Position numbers and translations under genes: made by a program. The notes under the pieces are model-generated. The model did not search any database, was not told the origin of the DNA, and saw only the letters and a program-made list of their open reading frames with translations. Below, in pieces: positions 36,485 through 47,710 of a stretch of DNA of 48,129 nucleotides (position 1 is its first letter; every line of letters starts with the position of its first letter). The stretch spans positions 1 through 48,129 of the forward strand of contig NW_021834641.1 in NCBI RefSeq assembly GCF_006345805.1, read 5' to 3'. The stretch comes from Octopus sinensis. Its lineage: Eukaryota.

Positions 36485-37038
36485 CAGCGTCCTAGGGCGA
36501 GTGAAAGATAAGAGATGTTAGAGTATGACTGAAAGGAGGGGAAGTGGCAAGGGGCAGTTGCGAAATATCTTCATGTAATACAACACATACAGTTAAATTG
36601 ATAAGGTTTAGCTAAGGATGTGAGCAGTACTTGTCAGTACAATCTTTTGAATTTCTCTGAGACATGGTTCTCTTGGGATATTATCTAAATGTTTCTGACA
36701 TCCCTTTCTTATACTAAGGGTAACCACAATAACAGGAACAGTTCCCACTTTAAGAAGCCACATCTTTTGTATTTCAAGTTCCAAGTCCCTGTGTTTACTA
36801 ATTTGTCAAATTCCTTTACAGGTATATTTTTTATCAGTGGGAACACTTAGATCTATTAGTCTACAAGTATTTTCTACTCTGTATTTAATGACTGTGTCTG
36901 GTCAATTAGCCTGGATTGTTCTGTTGGTGTTGACTGGAAAATCCCTGAGGATAGTGACATTTTTACCTTCAACGACTGGCTCAAGATGATGTTCATGCAG
37001 TTGTGAAGAACGTTAGCGTGGTAGTTTTTAGTAAGCAT
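36485..37038 (-). mobile_element. Older R4/Dong-like non-LTR retrotransposon 3' fragment (RLE domain)
   Basis: Translates HEHHLEPVVEGKNVTILRDFPVNTNRTIQAN*PDTVIKYRVENTCRLIDLSVPTDKNIPVKEFDKL..RDLELEIQKMWLLKVGTVPVIV..LREIQKIVLTSTAHILS*TLSI*, with stops and frameshifts. Confidence 0.85.
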
Positions 37039-37039
37039 T

Positions 37040-37067
37040 ACTATTATTATTATTATTATTATTATTA

Positions 37068-37135
<68 letters not shown>
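37040..37135. repeat. (TAA)n microsatellite between two R4/Dong-like fragments
   Basis: Directly visible. Confidence 0.98.
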
Positions 37136-37138
<3 letters not shown>

Positions 37139-38618
37139 TAGTCTTAATTTTATCACGTGTTTTCACTGCACTGTATTGAAAATGTTTTACGTAGGATGTG
37201 TGCCGTGCCTAGTTGTGCTATTTTCAGTATGTTATATATACTTGTAAGTTCTGATGTTTTTGTTATGTTTCCGTCAAAAAGTTTTTTTAATGCGCCTACT
37301 ATGATACGAACTATTTCTGTTTTTAGGCTCCACATTCGAGGTAATTCTAGTTCCAGATCTTTGTACTTTGGAAATTTCTCCGCTTCTTTTAGAGAAACAT
37401 TGTCATCTGTTGGCATTGATACATGGCTTAGAAAGCATTTTTTTTCTTGGTGATCTCTCACAACTATATCGGGCCTATTAGCCTTCATTTCTCTATCTGT
37501 GTGTATTGGCATATCCCAGAGTATGGTTGCTTTCTCATTTTCTGTGTCCTTTTCTGGGGTGTGCCTATACCATCCTTTTTCTGTTGTTATTCCATAGCGT
37601 TAGTATAGCTTTCGGTGTATATAGGTCTCAAATCTGTCGTGTCTGTGAATATATTCCTCCCTAGCCAGGATTGGGCAGTCAGAGACAGTATGATTTATTA
37701 TTCCTTCTCCATTACCACATAATCTGCAGTTACTTGTATTTCTTTTCATTATATGTTTTTGGTGATTTATATTGGAAAGTCTTTGATCTTGTGCTGCAAT
37801 TAATAATCCTTCAGTCTCTGCTTTGAGTTCTGACCTTCTCAGCCATTATTGGATTTTTACTTTATTTCTTTTCTGTTTAGCTTAACCCACTGTTTGCCAT
37901 GTAGAGGCTTTTCTTGCGATCGTTTTATCATACGTTGCAGTTCTGGTTTTAGTTTGGATTTCATTTATTTTACTGCTTTTATTGTTTCTTCTTTCTCTTA
38001 TCTCCATAGTTGTTAGGTACGATGACTTCTTTTTTGTATTTGCCAGCTTCCTTAACGACAGAAAACAGTTTTATGTTTTGTTCGTGTTTTGTAGCTATTT
38101 GTATCAGTTTTCCTTGCACCTAAAGTAGTTATTTCTGTAGTCCTATGGTGATTATTTTGTAATAGTTTTCTAGCTGTATACTTTCGATACATTGCATATA
38201 TAGCATTTCTATGTAAGATTTTGGGTGGTGCATCCTAAATCCTGTCATTATTTTTCTTATTTTCATGTCTATTTTGATTAGTTTATTTAGAGTCCAGTTA
38301 AGAATATTGTAGCTGTAACTTATAACTGGGATGGCAAGAGTATTAATGCCTATTATCTTGTTTTTCACATGAGCTTTGATTTCAGTATTAATCTGACTCG
38401 TTTATAGTATTCCCTTTTTATCTTCTCTTTCACTTGAGAGTGTTGTATCGTATCTAGTTCATTGATTCCTAAGTATTTGTGTGCTTGGCTTTGGTCTAAT
38501 TCTCTTATTTGATTTTTGTTTTATCTAGTATGATGTTGTTACTCTTAACTGGTCTTCCTCTTTTCAAGGTCGCTTTGACACCTTTTTCTAAGCCAAATTA
38601 CACGTTTATTTCTTTGCT
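37136..38618 (-). mobile_element. 5'-truncated R4/Dong-clade non-LTR retrotransposon (RT C-terminus, CCHC finger, restriction-like endonuclease), decayed
   Basis: FGLEKGVKATLKRG..KYLGINE..KNKIIGINTLAIPVISYSY..RMHHPKS; CRLCGNGEGIINHTVSDC (CX2CX8HX4C, 37728-37675); ANRPDIVVRD..KEAEKFPKYKDLELE..RMW..LGTAHILRK. Confidence 0.92.
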
Positions 38619-38646
38619 AGAGAGAGAGAGATGGAGAAAGAGAGCG

Positions 38647-38673
38647 TATTATTATTATTATTATTATTAGTAT

Positions 38674-38715
<42 letters not shown>

Positions 38716-38725
38716 CAGCAGCAGT

Positions 38726-38775
<50 letters not shown>

Positions 38776-38785
38776 CAGCAGCAGT

Positions 38786-38849
<64 letters not shown>

Positions 38850-38850
38850 T
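38647..38850. repeat. (TAT)(TAG)(CAG)n compound microsatellite with an internal 66-bp duplication
   Basis: Directly visible. Confidence 0.95.
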
Positions 38851-39323
38851 TTTGACGCCTAAATTTATAGGTCTTTATCCCTTATTTCAGTATGTTAAAT
38901 ATTTCGATTACGCCTTCAGTTTCTGGCAATGTTTAAAAGGTTGCAGAAAACGTAACAGTCGAATATAAATCGGGAAATGCAAGATGATGTTATAGAGAAT
39001 TTCATTGTTTTTGGTGTGTATTTTTTTTTTTTTTGCTTTTCTTGTTTGGCGTAAAATATTAACATCTTTATATTGTGTAAGAACAAAAAAAATATTGAGC
39101 AGTCTGTGCACTTTCTTCTTTAATCCTTGAATTGACATTCAAACTTCCGATTCTGCGTTATCTTAATATAGAAGGTACTGCCTCTTTTAAGACAGCAGAC
39201 GGCTAGAGGCACACACCCATGAACACACGTATACACGCGAACGCACATACACGCATACACACGTGCGCGCACCCACACACACGCATACACATACACAAAC
39301 GCACACACACATAGACACATATA

Positions 39324-39375
<52 letters not shown>

Positions 39376-39443
39376 GTCTAAGTATCCATACGGTAAAAAA
39401 TATGCACTCGTATATTTGTCAATAGCGTTGGTATATTGGTATT

Positions 39444-39633
39444 ATATATCCATCACGGCCGATGTTACCGGTCGGTTTCGCACTAAGGGTTCAACGGGAT
39501 GTCAATTAAGAGCCCGATTATGTAACACTGCGATCTTCAGAGTTGGCAGTTATAACGGTCATCCGGGTGAACTTAACATCCAGTTGAACTCCTAGTGTGA
39601 AACCGATTGCTAAGGTCGGCCATAATGGATACA
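39444..39633. mobile_element. ~190-bp palindromic MITE-like element
   Basis: 39444-39505 (ATATATCCATCACGGCCGATG..TCGGTTTCGCACTAAGGGTTCAACGGGATGTCAA) is the imperfect reverse complement of 39572-39633. Confidence 0.7.
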
Positions 39634-40384
39634 TCATACTGTACACTTCGATTAATATGTGGTGTGTATGTGTTTGTGTGTGTGTGTTTAAAGGGCTTCT
39701 TTTCTCCATGCTTAAGATATGATACACTGGTTTCTCGACTCCTTGTTTGGTACCTAATACACTTGCACTTTTGCCCTCCCTCATTTCTACATTGCTTCAA
39801 GACACAGATTTCACAGTCGTTATCTACACCGCCATGAGTTATGGTACTCAAAAATATGTCATTTTCTATTAGCAAGATATTAAGAACTGATTAATAAATA
39901 ATTAGAAATAACTATATATTTAATATTAATTAACTCACAGTATGCCCATTCAAGTGATTTGTTAATAATAGTTACTCTGCAATTAATTTTAGTCGTAATT
40001 ACTATCGATTCACATTCTGCTAAAAAAATTGAAATTAGAAATTAAAATAATAAATAATTAAATAAAAAGCCGTTAGTTAAAGTTTTAAGTAACATTTAAT
40101 TAACGCGATAATAATTAACTAACTAACATCGGTAGTTTGAAGGTGATCATTTAGTGTCATGATACCGCTAAAAGTAATCGATAGAAGATTCGAAACACCT
40201 GATTAGACAACGAAGGTACCAAAATATCTGAACATATGACAAACCATCAAATGAGTTCCAATGTAGTCACTTAATATACTAGAAATAATAGATAAATAAT
40301 AGATAAATATCTCTAAAATCATACCCTATTGTCTTAAAATGATATAACACAGAGGAGTAAGAAACGTTTTGCACAGCCGTTTTG

Positions 40385-40914
40385 ATGCCACCACTTTCCC
40401 GGTTTCCATGGCGTATGTATTCCCCCGCCTGCACGGGACGCCGGTCCGTTGTGGGATTACTCGTTTTAGCCAGCTGATTGGACTGGAGCAATTTGAAGTG
40501 AAGCGTTCTGATCAAGAACACGACGCGTCGTTATTTTTCGTCACTACCTCCCCGTGCCGGGAGTGGGTAAATTGCGCGCCTGCTGTCTTCTTTAAATGTG
40601 GTAGCCGTTTCGCATGCTCCCTATCAGGAATCGAACCCTGATTACTCGTTACCCGTTGCCACCACGGTCGGCACTTACCGGGCCGTCGACAGGTGATAGG
40701 GCGGAACTCGCGGGGGACCCGTCGCGCGAAGGCTAGATCGTACTAACACTTATCCAGAGTCATCAAAATCGAAAGGTGTGAAGCCGCTGCACGCGTCGAC
40801 CCGCGCGCGGATCGCGGTGGCTGCTGCGACGTCCAGTACGCGTCGGCCTTAGTCTAATATTTGCGCCGCGACCAATGCGGAAGGCCGACCGAATCACTAA
40901 GCTACGCGCCTCCA
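40385..40914 (-). mobile_element. SINE family D chimera containing an 18S rRNA segment
   Basis: Head TGGAGGCGCGTAGCTTAGTG (40914-~40890); centre and tail GACGCGTCGTGTTCTTGATCAGAACGCTTCACTTCAAATTGCTCCAGTCC.. (40529-40385) match 28512-28751. Confidence 0.85.
40530..40885 (-). pseudogene. Decayed 18S rRNA fragment (V2-V3 region)
   Basis: Reverse complement contains TTAGACTAAG, TTGATGACTCTGGATAA, GCCCTATCA.CTGTCGA, AATCAGGGTTCGATTCC, GAAACGGCTACCACAT, CAGCAGGCGCGCAA.TTACCCACTCCCGGCACGGGGAGGTAGTGACGAAAAATAAC in 18S order. Several normally invariant bases are mutated. Confidence 0.95.
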
Positions 40915-41194
40915 CTACTTTAAACTACGGGAAAAGAACCAAGAACAACATTATTCAATGGGTCCTATTGTAAGAAAGCAGAGACGGGATTTGAAGGACA
41001 CATGCCTGCTTTATCTAGCTGAACAAGCGTCTAAATAGTATCTCCCATATTTGCTCGAAATATGCGCTATTTATATACCATGCATTGATTCCATTTAATC
41101 GACCTTTATATATGTGACATAATGTCAATGTTAGGAATCAATGTCTGTATTAGGGATGTGGATTAACTAAAGAGAAACAGCAGTGGTGGTGGTG

Positions 41195-41237
<43 letters not shown>

Positions 41238-41314
41238 AAGCAGCAGCAACAGCAGCAGTCGTAGTAGAAGTGGTGGTAGTAGTAGTAGCAGCAACTGCAG
41301 CAGTAGCAGCAGTC

Positions 41315-41356
<42 letters not shown>

Positions 41357-42133
41357 CCTGAAATGCTTCTGACTAGGAATATCGAAATTTGACCGCTGAA
41401 GGTAATTTTTTTTCAATCTTTTTCTTTTCTTTTCTCTTTTTTTTCTTCTTTTTTTCTCCATACAGGAATCGAACTTTCGACCTGCTGCTTTATACTAAAT
41501 AGTGTAAAGAATTGGCATGCAATGATTTACGATAGACTGACCAGTGGTTTTTCTTTGCAATTGAATATGCCAAGGAAGCTACCTATTCGTCAAGAAAATT
41601 TATTGCGCTGCCAAAATCAGAATGAGTTTTTCCTCTCAGAATTCTTGAAATATTGAGTTTTCTAATAATAGCCTAATCTATAATGTCTATAATGTTTGCG
41701 TTCTGTCGAATTTAAAGTTATAATCGGCATATTTTGGACAAGAGAGAAATGCCAGCTTTGACACTTGCTGGTTTCCTACAAATGTACAACACTTCCTCGT
41801 GCGGCTTCCTTTACTAAACAATGGACGCCATTATTCTTCAATTTCCACATGATAGCAGGTGGTGTATGTGTGGTGTGTGTGTGTGTACGTGCGTGCAAGT
41901 GTGTGTGTGCTTGTGTTGCGTTCATTATGTATTCGAACAGTGACTGATTGATACACAGAGGATCAACGGGAGATGATATATAATTAACTCTTCCATTGGC
42001 TGTCAGCCAGACATTGTTATTCTTGTTCTCTTCCTTCGTGTTCTTGCTGTCATTGTTGTTGCTGTTGTTGTTGTTGTTGTTGTTGTTGTTTTGCCCCAAC
42101 CCCATCCTGCTTGAGTATACCAACCCTTTATCC

Positions 42134-42960
42134 CTTCATTTGCTTCAGTCATTGGACTACAGCTATATAGAGGCACCGCCTTGAAGGCTTCAGTCAAACA
42201 AATCTGCCCCAGAACTTATTTTTCTTCAGACCGGTTCTTTTTCCTCGATTTTTTATTTATTTTGCTGAATCACAAAGTTACGGGGACGTAGACAAACCAA
42301 CTTCGTTTGCCAATTGGTAGTTAGGAGACAATTGCATACAGGTATACACACATATGCAGGTGTATATACACACGACGAGCTTCCATACATTTTCCGTCTA
42401 CCAAATACTGGTCGATAGTAAAAGGTACAGATCTTTTCGGTTTGAACGGCAGTTTTTAACATAATTTCTAGGTAACTAAAAAATTTTAAACTTCGTATAC
42501 TGGTAGAATGTGTTTATAAAACATCTTTTTCTCTTGGCTTTATTGAGAAAATTCTATAGTTTGCAAGATATTTGTTGTTTTTTTTTCTTCAATTTCTGCA
42601 ATTTCAACCAATCACTGACGTCTATTGAAGTAAAAATAACATTCTGTGCCGTATGAATATGTCCCTCGTTTAAGAAAGAGATTGGGTTTATTTACATTTG
42701 TGAAGAAAAAAATATATCCTTACCCCCACCCTTAACCCTAACCCTAACTAACCCTAACTAACCCTAACCCTAAAACAGATTGAAATGCAATAGATCGATA
42801 CTAGGGTCATAATTATGAGTGGCAATTTCATATGACACCGCTAGAAAAAACTGCCGTTCAAACCGAAAACATCCAAAGGTACTTGCTCAAGATGCTGCGC
42901 AGTAATGCTGAGCCCAAAACCTACGATTGAAATCATTCCAGCCACCCGTGTACATCCAGT
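42134..42960 (-). mobile_element. Degenerate SINE family A interrupted by a MITE
   Basis: Tail TTCAGTCATTGGACT..GCACCGCCTTGAAGG and TTTCCGTCTACCAAAT lie on the left; ACTTGCTCAAGATGCTGCGCAG resumes after 42882. Confidence 0.7.
42429..42874. mobile_element. MITE with ~29-bp TIRs, 8-bp TSD and internal telomere-like (CCCTAA)n
   Basis: TSD AAAGGTAC at 42421-42428 and 42875-42882. TIR AGATCTTTTCGGTTTGAACGGCAGTTTTT versus AAAAACTGCCGTTCAAACCGAAAACATCC (2 mismatches). CCCTAA-type repeats at 42731-42772. Confidence 0.9.
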
Positions 42961-42964
42961 CTTT

Positions 42965-43000
<36 letters not shown>

Positions 43001-43004
<4 letters not shown>

Positions 43005-44129
43005 TAAACAGTAACATTAATTACAGACATGGACAAGAACATGAAACACCACAGAGACGACACAAGAACCACAGGACGGGACATTCGAAGCCCTCAGTCA
43101 TCAGTCAAGAACCAGATCATCTTAGCAATTTCGGCTGATTAATCTTGAGATTGCTCCGATATGGCCAGCCCGCCAAGGGAAATCTAAGCCAAGCGCATTA
43201 GATCCCCTGGAAGAAAGCTTCGAAGTATACAACGAAGGACGGAAAACAGCGAAGTACACAAACAAAAATACAGAATACGTGACACCAATAAGAATACAAA
43301 AACGTAAAAACAATAACGGTAAAAATAAAAATAAACAACAAAACAAACCAGGACGTAGGACAAGGGTCTTTCGACAGGACGATTTGAGAATGGGGCTTGC
43401 TTGTGAAGTTGTGCCTAAAGGCCACGGGGAGACGAACGAATACTGTTGCTTCTGAGGCTGCTGAAAAACGAAAAGAGCGCTCAACAGCGGCTAGCTGTCA
43501 CGTGAGAACAAAAGACAGGAGAAAGGGACAGATGAAAAGGGAGAGAAGGTGGACGAGGGAGGAGAAGAAAGAGACAGATCGAGGGGGCTGGAGGTGAAGA
43601 GAGATAGAGAAACGTAGAAAGGGGGGGGAACGGATGGAGAGGGAAAGAAAGGGAGTGGAATAAGGGAGGAGAGAGAGAGAGAGAAAATAGACAGATTAAG
43701 AGTCGTATCAAAGCTTGAGAAAAATATACTTATCGTATAAGGACAATTGTGGATACGTAGCCGCCGATTATATAGGTAAACAGTAACATTAATTACAGAC
43801 ATGGACAAGAACATAAACACCACAGAGACGACACAAGAACCACAGGACGGGACATTCGAAGCCCTCAGTCATCAGTCAAGAACCAGATCATCTTAGCAAT
43901 TCGGCTGATTAATCTTGAGATTGCTCCGATATGGCCAGCCGCCAAGGGAAATCTAAGCCAAGCGCATTAGATCCCCTGGAAGAAAGCTTCGAATGTATAC
44001 AACGAAAGGACGGAAAACAGATCGAAGTACACAAACAAAAATACAGATACGTGACACAATAAGAATAACAAAAACGTAAAAACAATAACGGTAAAAATAA
44101 AAATAAACAACAAAACAAAACCAGAACGT
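43001..44129 (-). mobile_element. Penelope-like partial tandem: 356-bp direct repeats (43001-43356, 43773-44129) flanking a 412-bp unique segment
   Basis: The direct repeats are seen directly and one end abuts (TA)n. The Penelope assignment and the strand are inferences from architecture only. Confidence 0.55.
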
Positions 44130-44379
44130 CTAATAGAGATTGGGAAATCGTCTTTTTAGCCTATTAGTATCAGATGTAAAATAAATTTAGCTGTTATTTC
44201 TAGCAGGTCCAACAACCATAGACGCTTCTCATAAGTTGAGTGACTTTGTAGAGTGGTCTGCCTCGGTGAAAGTGGGTGCTCAATGTGTAGAATGAAATGG
44301 CGTTTTGCACGGCTGACGCTGTCGTCTCCGTCATCGCTGCTTCTGCTTGCTACTGCTGCTGGTGACATTAATGTCAACG

Positions 44380-44531
44380 AAAATGACGACGATGATCAAC
44401 ATCATCAAAGTCACCACAATCATCATCATCATCATCGCTATCTTCATCGTCGTCGTCATCATCATCCTCATCATCTTCAAATCCACCTCCACCACCACCA
44501 CCACAACAACAACAACAACAGCGACGACGAC

Positions 44532-44585
<54 letters not shown>

Positions 44586-44599
44586 GGTGGTGGTGGTGG

Positions 44600-44638
<39 letters not shown>

Positions 44639-44643
44639 GATGA

Positions 44644-44712
<69 letters not shown>

Positions 44713-44873
44713 TACTAATACAATAATAATAGTAATAATAATAATAATCATTTCTACTATAGGCACAAGGTCTGAAATTTTGGGAAAAGAGACTAGTCGA
44801 TTACATCCACCCCAGTGTTTCACTGGTACTTAATTTGTCGACCCCGAAAGGATGAAAGGCAAAGTCGACCTCA

Positions 44874-44922
<49 letters not shown>

Positions 44923-44927
44923 TAATA

Positions 44928-44982
<55 letters not shown>

Positions 44983-45070
44983 TAATAATCTTATAATAAT
45001 AATAATAATATAATAAATAATTAAACACCCACAATTGCCATCATCATCATCATCCTCATCATCATCAACA
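44380..45070. repeat. Compound (CAT/CAC/GAT/GGT/AAT)n microsatellites with an embedded SINE B fragment (44752-44873, minus strand)
   Basis: Directly visible; the fragment carries GACCCCGAAAGGATGAAAGGCAAAGTCGACCTC. Confidence 0.92.
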
Positions 45071-45432
45071 TCACGACGATGATGTCCCTTCTGTAAACTG
45101 ATGCTGAATTTCATGGCGTCGGAAATATATTTCATCTGCCATTCATATAAGAGAGCAGATAGCCTATTGCGAAATAGAACGACCTTCTGATATTATATAG
45201 AGTCGGAGATGAAGATGAAAGAGCGAACAGAGGCTGGTTGGTTGATTGGATGGGATGAAATGATGATGACGATGATGATGATGATGATGATGATGCAAGA
45301 CATTGAATGGAATTCGATTCGGATACAAGCGAGGAGTTTTGGTTACCGTTGAGCAGTTTAGAGAGAGAGAGCGAGAGATCTGACTGGATATGGTAAGGAA
45401 AATAAGCATGGGAAAATATAGATATAAAAAAG

Positions 45433-45760
45433 AAATGTAAGAATGTAAGAATGTAAGAATGTAAGAATGTAAGAATGAAAGAGTAACTAAAATAAAACAA
45501 ATAAATGAATGAATGGATGGATGGATGGATGGATGGATGGATGGATGGATGGATGGAGGAAAATGAATGGATGAAAGGAGGGAGAGAGGCAGGAACATGA
45601 ATGGATGAGGGGATGGAAGTATGGATGGAAGAATGGATGGATGGATGGATGACGGGAGAGTGAGAAAGAGGGAAAATGAATGGATGGATGGATGGAAAGA
45701 AGAATAAAAGAATGGATGTTTGGAGGAATATTTGGATTGATGGATGGATGGATGGATGGA
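45433..45760. repeat. 8-bp (AATGTAAG)n and (GGAT)n/(GAAT)n repeats
   Basis: Directly visible. Confidence 0.95.
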
Positions 45761-46143
45761 AGAAGGGAGAAATGGAAAAGCAGATGAATGAATGAATGAA
45801 TATCATGAATGGTAAAGGATAAAAAAAGAAGGAACTAATGAAAGAAGAAGAGGATGAAAACAGCGGAAATTATGATTCACTTTTGAGTTATTTACGTGTC
45901 CTTTTAACATCTCCAGACAAGGGATCGAACAGAAAGTTGTCCTTCGTTATTTCATATATTTTATGTGGTTATGTATTTAAGATCCACTGTGAAATTAGGA
46001 TCCCTTACACAGACACATACAGGCAAACACGCAAACACATATACATATACACATATGCAACTGCAGCCATGCATGTATTTATAATTCTTAATATAACTAG
46101 ATTCTCGTCTGTATGTATGTGTATATATATATATATATATATA

Positions 46144-46343
46144 TTTATTATATAGAAGGAGCTTCTACAGGACTAGTACTGTTTCATTTCAAGAGAAATC
46201 TTCAGGAAGCTCTGAAGAGATTTCTCTTGAATGAAACAGTACTAGTCCTGTAGAAGCTCCTTCTATATAATAAATTAATTTTACTCTACTCTGCTATGTA
46301 ATGAGTACCTTACTACTGTGGTTAACCCCGGATCAACCCGGCC

Positions 46344-46345
<2 letters not shown>
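46144..46345. mobile_element. Near-perfect 63-bp-arm palindrome plus tail; probable inverted pseudo-LTR of a Penelope-like or retrozyme element
   Basis: 46144-46205 is the reverse complement of 46212-46273 except for two small indels. The right arm continues into a ~70-nt tail ending in (TA)n. Confidence 0.7.
46160..46211 (-). ncRNA. Type I hammerhead ribozyme motif
   Basis: AGCUUC-CUGAAGA-UUUC[UCUU]GAAA-U-GAAA-CAG[UACUAGUC]CUG-UA-GAAGCU. Stem I 6 bp, stem III 4 bp, GUA cleavage triplet; the stem II junction is non-canonical. Confidence 0.68.
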
Positions 46346-46396
<51 letters not shown>

Positions 46397-46587
46397 ACTA
46401 TATACATATATATACATATATTACATATATATACACATATATATACATATATACGTGTACGTGTATGTGTATATATATATTATATATATATATATATATA
46501 GATATATATATATATATATATAATTTTATATATGTATATATATGTATGTATGTATATATATGTATATAACATACATACATATTATAT

Positions 46588-46636
<49 letters not shown>

Positions 46637-46947
46637 AGTTCCTTTGTGTGTTAATCTTTCATTATTATTCGTACAGAATATGAATTATTCATATAGGTGT
46701 AGCCTCGTTTCTAGTACAAAGAGAATGTTACATATTGGATCTTTCAGCAACAATAATATGAACAATGTCAACGAACTTACACATCGAATTTTGAAACATG
46801 TTCTAGATATTTATTGTTTCACTTACAGGTCATATTTGCAAAGTGCGTGTGTACCAAAACCAAAGGAGTAGGAAGTAAATTTCGTCATTTTTAAAAAACA
46901 TACATACATATATATATATGTATATATATATAATGTGTGTGTATTGG

Positions 46948-47293
46948 TGCAGGCGCTGTAAGAAGCTTGCTTCTCAACCATATGGTTCCGGGATCAGTCC
47001 CTTTGCGTGATACCTTGGGCAAGTGTCTCCTACTATAACGTCGGGCCGACCGAAACCATGTGAGTGGATCTGGTAGGCAAAAACTGAAAGACGTCCGCCG
47101 TGTATGTATGTATATTATATAGATATATATATTATATTATTATATATATATATAATATATATATATATAATATATTATATATATGTATATATATATACAC
47201 ATATATACGACGGGCTATATATATGGATATACACATACATATATATATACACACTTATATACGACGGGCTATATATGGATATAAATATACATA

Positions 47294-47351
<58 letters not shown>

Positions 47352-47710
47352 TAATAAATAAAAATTGCATACATACAACATATATGTACGTACCGACATC
47401 TACATGTATATATACATGCATATATAAATATATATATACGTACAGGACATATTATATTAAATGAGAGACAAAACCACTATATATATGTGTGTGCCTTCGT
47501 ATCTGTGTTCTTGGCCCCATCACCGCAGACAACCGGTGTTGGTGTTTTTACGTCCCCGTAATATAGCTGTTCGGCGAAAAGGGCCGGTAGAATAAGTACC
47601 AGGCTGAACGAATAAGTCCTGGTTTCTGCTTGTTCGACTGAAACCTTCCAAGGCTGTGCTCCAGAGCAGCCGCAGCATCCGAATCACTGAAACAAGTAGA
47701 AGAATAAAAG
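46948..47710 (+). mobile_element. SINE family A with ~370-bp internal (TA)n expansion
   Basis: Head 46948-47105 (AGCTTGCTTC..GGATCAGTCCC..CTTGGGCAAGTGTCT) and tail 47480-47710 (ACAACCGGTGTTGG..GAATAAGTACCAGG..ACTGAAACAAGTAGA). Confidence 0.85.

Noticed and set aside
40530-40885. Functional rDNA unit or contaminant sequence
   Set aside because: It is only a 355-bp piece, mutated at invariant positions and joined to host SINE sequence on both sides.
42731-42772. Chromosome end or telomere fusion scar
   Set aside because: The tract is short, imperfect and enclosed by the TIRs and TSD of a MITE.
43085-43175. Hammerhead in the 43-kb/33-kb family (CTGATGA, GAAA, AUC and complementary TCAAGA/TCTTGA on the minus strand)
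   Set aside because: The motifs occur in the order UH, GAAA, CUGAUGA, the reverse of any circular permutation of the hammerhead, and no strand after CUGAUGA closes stem II.
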